34,227 nt of DNA from a virus: IMG/VR virus record IMGVR_UViG_3300002461_000302, positions 1 to 34,227 of that record. One strand, given 5' to 3'. The notes under the pieces were generated by a model that saw nothing but the letters and a program-made list of their open reading frames with translations, ran no database searches and had not been told where the DNA came from. This document shows, one piece after another, positions 30,270-34,227 of the stretch. The position numbers were made by a program, and so were the translations under genes. Position 1 is the stretch's first letter, and the number at the start of each line of letters is the position of its first letter.

Positions 30270-31892
30270 TTACGCGGCGGCCGGCAGTGCCGACTTAATC
30301 ATCTGTTCGCTGGCCATGCCTGCCATCTGGGCGTTTTGCGCCTGGGCCTTCGCCGCCTCAGTGGCTTGCGCGCGTGCATCCCGGCGCGCCGCCACCTGGT
30401 CAGGGTTGCGCAGGATCTGCGCAGGCACGCCCAGGGCGTCGGCTTTCTTGCGTTGGGCTGCTGGCATGTCCACCATGTCCAGCATTTCCACGGCGCCATC
30501 GGGATCCATCTGCATCGCTGCAGCAAGCCCTTGCAGAAACACATCGATGGCGGTGACTTCCTCCAGGCGCTGCGCACGGGCCAGCGGGCTGATGTATTTC
30601 ACCGTAAAGTTTCGGCCGCGCAGGCTGTCCGGGACCTTGCCCAGGATGCCGGCGCGCAGGGCGATAAAGAAACAGCGCTCGATAAGCGGCTGCAGGAATT
30701 CAGCTTGCAGGCGCGCGAAGATCGGCGCCATTTGCTGGCGCACCAGTTGCACGCGGGCGTGCACTTCCGTGGCGGTCATTTGCGGGCCATCCTGCGGCTG
30801 CAGCTGGTCGGCAAGCATGATCTTGCGGATGCTGGCGCGCAGCTGGTCGGACTTGGCAAAAGAGACATTGAAGTCCGCGCCGGTGGTCAGCGGGACAAAG
30901 TTGTCCATGTTTGCCACCATCACGACTTTGCGCGCGCCCAGGCGTGTGGTCTTGGAGTTGTAAACCCCGTCGTTCGTGGCCTTCCACATGCCGCTGACGG
31001 CGATGTCCAGGTTGGCCAGCTCCAGCTCCTGAATCTGGTTCAGCGTCTTGATGTCGGGCAGAGCATCGGAGCCCAGGCCGGTGGCGTAGGGCGTGCCTGG
31101 TATCAGGCGCCAGCGCGGAATGGCACACGGGAACTCGTCATAGCCGGACTCGCGCACCATTTTCTTGGTGGCCACTTCATGGTGGCAGGATGCGAAAGCC
31201 TTGTTTTTTGCCAGGGCTGGGCCGGTGGCATAGACCGTACGGGGATAAATCGCCCAGACAAACCAGACCTTTTCGCCCAGCACTTCGCCGCCCAGCTTGA
31301 ATTTGTCCTGCAGCGCTTGGGAGAGGTTCTCCAAGCCGTACTCATTGACGGCCTGCTCCAGCGTCAGCTCAAACTCGCGGTAGATCGTGTCCACCATGTT
31401 GCCGGGCTTGCTGCAGGCGATGAAACACTGTGCCAGTGGCCACTGCTCGAAGTTGTAGCCGCCGCCTTCTTTCTCGGAGGTGTACAACACAAACCAGCCG
31501 GCCGGGCCCAGGTCGGCGTGGCACTCGCTGGCAGCGGCGTCGAAGTTGCCGGCGTGGATGTTCTCGAAAATGATGCGGGCGGCCTGGTCGAAAAACTGCT
31601 TTTCTTCCTCGTCCTCCGATCCAGCGCTCATGCCGAACCAGATTGAATTTGCCGGGTGCAGGCCTGACGCCATGCCGGACGAAAACAGCCGGCCGGAATC
31701 CACGGCCGTGCTGTCCAGCACCTTCGCCTTTTGCGCCTGGATGTCGGTTCCGGAAACTACATTGCCGTTGAATCCGTGGGCGCGTTCCGGTGCCATGTAC
31801 TCGAATACATTGCGCCAGACAGGCTCATGCGGCAGACGTTCGCCCTTGAGCTGCGCCAAGCGCCGGACATCCTTTTCAGCGGATTCTGACAA
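30270..31892 (-). CDS. Portal (head-to-tail connector) protein, T7 gp8-like
   Basis: 540 aa. N-terminal pattern RLAQLKGERLPHEPVWRNVFEYMAP parallels the T7-type connector N-terminus. Size and position fit. Confidence 0.8.
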   Translation of the reverse strand: MSESAEKDVRRLAQLKGERLPHEPVWRNVFEYMAPERAHGFNGNVVSGTDIQAQKAKVLDSTAVDSGRLFSSGMASGLHPANSIWFGMSAGSEDEEEKQFFDQAARIIFENIHAGNFDAAASECHADLGPAGWFVLYTSEKEGGGYNFEQWPLAQCFIACSKPGNMVDTIYREFELTLEQAVNEYGLENLSQALQDKFKLGGEVLGEKVWFVWAIYPRTVYATGPALAKNKAFASCHHEVATKKMVRESGYDEFPCAIPRWRLIPGTPYATGLGSDALPDIKTLNQIQELELANLDIAVSGMWKATNDGVYNSKTTRLGARKVVMVANMDNFVPLTTGADFNVSFAKSDQLRASIRKIMLADQLQPQDGPQMTATEVHARVQLVRQQMAPIFARLQAEFLQPLIERCFFIALRAGILGKVPDSLRGRNFTVKYISPLARAQRLEEVTAIDVFLQGLAAAMQMDPDGAVEMLDMVDMPAAQRKKADALGVPAQILRNPDQVAARRDARAQATEAAKAQAQNAQMAGMASEQMIKSALPAAA

Positions 31893-31895
31893 GGG

Positions 31896-32141
31896 TCAGC
31901 CCCCCAGGGTTGATTTGCCGGCGCTCAGTGCGGACGATGGCGCCAGGCCGGCACCGGTGGAAAGGGCGCTGCCGCGGCGCGCAGTGCGCCGGGCGGCAAT
32001 CTCGGTGTTTGCTTTGGCCGTGGCGTCGGCGTCTATCTTGTCGGCCTCGACCTTGGGGTCCACCTTCACCACGTCAGGCACGGGCACCTGTGCGGCCGGC
32101 ACAATGGCCGGCGTTGCCGGAGCGGATCCGCCGATGCACAT
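31896..32141 (-). CDS. Hypothetical 81-aa protein upstream of portal
   Basis: Trimmed to the ATG at 32141, next to the upstream stop. Starts MCIGG and has a basic ARRTARRGSALSTG segment. Confidence 0.45.
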   Translation of the reverse strand: MCIGGSAPATPAIVPAAQVPVPDVVKVDPKVEADKIDADATAKANTEIAARRTARRGSALSTGAGLAPSSALSAGKSTLGG

Positions 32142-32143
32142 GA

Positions 32144-32506
32144 TTAAACCTTGTGGCCGTTGGGGTTCGAGCCGTACAGGGGCGGCACGTACCAACCCTT
32201 GTCGGTCATGGTCGGGGCGGTCAGCTTGGTCAGGTCCAGCGCTTCGATGGCTGGATGCTTTTCGACCACGGGCATGGATGCAACAGGTTTGCCGGCGTTG
32301 GCTTGCATTTGCTGGACAGCACCCAGCAAAGCGGCGATCTGTTTTGCCTGGGCTGCGACGGTGGCGGCAAGGTCGGCGGGGTCCACGGGATCCGGATCGT
32401 CGCCCAGCTGGACGCCAGTAGCCTGGAATGCGTCAGGGGCTGGCGCGTCAGGTGATGCGATGGCGGCGGCGCCGGGTGTTTCGAGGGTGCGGGTGGTACG
32501 GGCCAT
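32144..32506 (-). CDS. Hypothetical 120-aa acidic protein
   Basis: The ATG at 32506 has an AAGGA RBS. The track start at 32536 has none. Confidence 0.5.
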   Translation of the reverse strand: MARTTRTLETPGAAAIASPDAPAPDAFQATGVQLGDDPDPVDPADLAATVAAQAKQIAALLGAVQQMQANAGKPVASMPVVEKHPAIEALDLTKLTAPTMTDKGWYVPPLYGSNPNGHKV

Positions 32507-32565
32507 ATCGGGGCGTCCTTGGTTGATGCCGCACATGGCGGCGGGGTAGGAGCCCTGACTTTCGT

Positions 32566-32895
32566 TTAGGCGCTATGTTGGAATCCCGACTTTTTGCGGT
32601 CCGGCGCGTGGGCCCGTGCGGCTGATAGCAGGTCCTCCACGTTCAGCGGCAGGGCGTCCCGCGGGTGTTGTCGCTGGTTCTCTGGCAGAGTAGGGCCGAC
32701 AACCTGGACCCAGAGGTTTACCAGGGCTTCCCCGCCCGCGTGGCTGGGCTCTGCGTCGTTGTTTCGCCATCCGACGATGGTCCCGCGCGGCCAACCTATT
32801 GCCGCGCCGATCTGCGCGGGCCGGTAGCCCTTACCTTCCAGCTCCACGATTACGCGGAACCAGTCAACCCTGATACGTCCTGCCGTTGTTGCCAT
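32566..32895 (-). CDS. Small HTH DNA-binding protein (candidate late-gene regulator)
   Basis: 109 aa. HTH-like GYRPAQIGAAIGWPRGTIVGWRNN. Last gene before the structural block. Its 3' end contains copy A of the late motif. Confidence 0.5.
   Translation of the reverse strand: MATTAGRIRVDWFRVIVELEGKGYRPAQIGAAIGWPRGTIVGWRNNDAEPSHAGGEALVNLWVQVVGPTLPENQRQHPRDALPLNVEDLLSAARAHAPDRKKSGFQHSA
32576..32595 (-). repeat. Late-region motif copy A (minus strand AAAAAGTCGGGATTCCAACA)
   Basis: Plus strand tgttggaatcccgacttttt. Lies in the last codons of the HTH gene, 70 nt upstream of the ATG at 32506. A degenerate 13/18 copy lies at 32547-32564. Confidence 0.9.
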
Positions 32896-32904
32896 GCTTG
32901 CCCC

Positions 32905-33291
32905 TCAGTCCCCGCTGCCGGTTGTTGATCCGCTGTCCCATGAACTGGACGCACCGGCGCCGCCAAAGTCGCCACCGCCTCCGCTTTCAAACGGCACCGG
33001 CACGGCCGCAGACGCTCCGCCCCAGGACGGGAAGGGCGGGGGCTCAGGCGCCAGGCCGTGCATCACCATCAGGATGGGCGCAGCGTCCGCCAGGTCCTGT
33101 CCAGCCGATGGCCCGCAGTGCTGGCAGTTCTCGTTTAGGTCCCCGAAAAGGGCGGACCCGCACCGGTTGCAGCGGTAATCCCGGGCTGTGGCTGGTCGGT
33201 CAGTGTCACCAGCTGCGGATTGCCGCCGGATGCGTCCGGCCAGCGCGGCCATGGCCACGGGATCCGCTGGGAGGGGTAGGCCTGCGCACAT
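32905..33291 (-). CDS. Zinc-ribbon protein with a Gly-rich acidic tail (128 aa)
   Basis: CNRC...CQHC four-Cys ribbon. C-terminal SGGGGDFGGAGASSSWDSG. Confidence 0.5.
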   Translation of the reverse strand: MCAGLPLPADPVAMAALAGRIRRQSAAGDTDRPATARDYRCNRCGSALFGDLNENCQHCGPSAGQDLADAAPILMVMHGLAPEPPPFPSWGGASAAVPVPFESGGGGDFGGAGASSSWDSGSTTGSGD

Positions 33292-33293
33292 GG

Positions 33294-33752
33294 TCAGGCA
33301 AGCCCGGCGGTGATGGCGTCCACAGCCTTCGCGTCTTGCCGCACGTTCGCGCTACTTGCTGGCTGGCCGCCAATAATGTTCAGCGCCACAAACCAGACGG
33401 ACCGGTCAAGGCTGACAGTTGTGGATATCTGGCCAGATAGCCCAGCAGCGGCAAAAGCCCTGTACGCGCCGGATCTTGGGCTATTGGCGCCGACGATGCC
33501 CGCCCACCTGGACCAGCCGGCCGCCGTCCACTTGAAGGCATAGGCGCCGAAGTCCCGGCCGGCAAACACTGGCACGTCGAGCGCAATCTTTCGGCTTCCC
33601 AGCCTGGTGGTATGCGTGCCGGCGTCAGCACTCACGGCCGCCGGCACGCGGACCCGCAGCCAGAAATAAGGGATGCCCAGGAAGGACCAGCGGACTTTGG
33701 CCAGCAAGGTGCCATCGTCCTGGGGCTCGGTGGTGGTGGTGCGTTTAATCAT
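33294..33752 (-). CDS. Hypothetical 152-aa protein
   Basis: ATGA-coupled to the upstream gene and beta-looking. No motif recognised. Confidence 0.5.
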   Translation of the reverse strand: MIKRTTTTEPQDDGTLLAKVRWSFLGIPYFWLRVRVPAAVSADAGTHTTRLGSRKIALDVPVFAGRDFGAYAFKWTAAGWSRWAGIVGANSPRSGAYRAFAAAGLSGQISTTVSLDRSVWFVALNIIGGQPASSANVRQDAKAVDAITAGLA

Positions 33753-34141
33753 GGTGCTATACCTTTCATAGCGTGTTGTGCCCGTGTGGTGTGGGCGGGA
33801 GGGTGAAACTGTCCGAAGCCATAGCCGCCGGGCGTGTAGTCGATGCCATCAAAGGCAACAACCCGGGCGCCCATCACGGCAGGCAGGCCGGCCGCGTCCG
33901 TGCTGACGTATCCCATGCGCACGAGCTGCCGCAGGAATTCGGTTTGAAGTACCACGATTGGGGGATTGATTGCGCGCTCGATCTGGTCCAGCATGGCCTG
34001 CTGCCGGTGCCACACCTCCGTGGCGTTCATGCGCTGGTCAGGCGCCCAGACCTTGCCCAGGGGCATCAATACCCCAGACGCGACTGCAGCCGGTGCAAAG
34101 CCGGCCGCCAGGATTGAGCCAAGGAATCCCCGGCGCTTCAC
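33749..34141 (-). CDS. Predicted Tat-exported protein (130 aa from the GTG at 34141; the track offers a GTG at 34186)
   Basis: Twin-arginine signal KRRGFLGSILAAGFAPAAVASG. The GTG at 34141 is preceded by GGGG at about 7 nt. The longer version would translate the repeat-rich junction DNA. Confidence 0.5.
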   Translation of the reverse strand: MKRRGFLGSILAAGFAPAAVASGVLMPLGKVWAPDQRMNATEVWHRQQAMLDQIERAINPPIVVLQTEFLRQLVRMGYVSTDAAGLPAVMGARVVAFDGIDYTPGGYGFGQFHPPAHTTRAQHAMKGIAP

Positions 34142-34227
34142 GGGTTTACCCCACGTAAGCCACACTTGCGCCAGGAGGTAAGCCACGCTTGCACATGCAA
34201 GCCGGGCTTACGTGGTGAAAACCCTTG
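34134..34227. repeat. Right copy of the 94-bp direct terminal repeat
   Basis: Identical to 1-94. Confidence 0.95.

Larger units (their letters stand above)
1..34227. mobile_element. Complete, circularly closing genome of a temperate podovirus-like phage. Lambdoid immunity/replication/integration modules are joined to a T7-order structural module, with no phage RNA polymerase gene.
   Basis: Identical 94-bp sequence at both window ends. Tyrosine integrase next to an attP holding a tRNA-Arg 3' fragment. Divergent CI/Cro pair. Initiator plus DnaC-like loader. Portal-scaffold-capsid-tubular A/B-core proteins-terminase-fiber-lysis cassette, nearly all on the minus strand with ATGA overlaps. Confidence 0.85.

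Noticed and set aside
29487-31646. 719-aa plus-strand ORF, the longest plus-strand ORF in the track
   Set aside because: It is antisense to the portal and scaffold genes. Its composition is Arg/Gly/Ala/His/Leu-rich low complexity. It has no RBS, and its wobble positions are the complement of the real minus-strand genes. This is a typical shadow ORF in GC-rich DNA.
32576-32600. Sigma-54 promoter reading of the motif on the plus strand (TGG...TTGC)
   Set aside because: The GG to GC spacing is about 15 nt instead of about 10. The TTGC is present in only one of the three copies. The orientation is opposite to all neighbouring genes.
34121-34133. Fourth copy of the late motif (GGAATCCC at 34123-34130)
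   Set aside because: Only the 8-nt core matches and the flanks differ. Here it encodes the RRGFLG Tat motif, so it is probably coincidental.

Overview
The window is a complete temperate phage genome. The first 94 bp (1-94) are identical to the last 94 bp (34134-34227), so the contig closes into a circle or carries a T7-style terminal repeat. The DNA is GC-rich with C-biased wobble positions. Most genes lie on the minus strand and are chained by ATGA start/stop overlaps.

The genome is a mosaic of two parts:
- A lambdoid control and replication part: a divergent CI (S24 peptidase) / Cro-like switch with GAATATTC/GGATAT operators, a CII-like gene, an initiator gene with an internal iteron origin, a DnaC-like loader, an early-left operon of unknown genes, xis/int, and an attP that carries the 3' 45 nt of tRNA-Arg(ACG).
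- A structural part in T7 gene order: portal, scaffold, capsid, tubular proteins A and B, gp13/14/15/16-like core proteins, TerS/TerL and tail fiber. No phage RNA polymerase gene is present. A lysis cassette follows (holin, M15 endolysin, small TM protein, nested spanins).

Most notable observations:
1. The 1014-aa protein at the gp16 (ejected core) position carries a ParB-like nuclease domain and a RelA/SpoT-like nucleotide pyrophosphokinase domain. It looks like a polyvalent effector delivered with the DNA.
2. A 20-nt motif, conserved at the nucleotide level, occurs three times at positions that mirror T7 class III promoters: before the portal block, the capsid gene and the fiber gene.
3. 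An antisense 66-aa two-TM ORF exactly fills the only gap inside the core-protein operon.
4. The terminal repeat is packed with nested repeats at the early/late boundary.
5. A predicted Tat-exported protein and other unknown genes open the late region.

All functional calls rest on motif recognition by eye. No database search was run.
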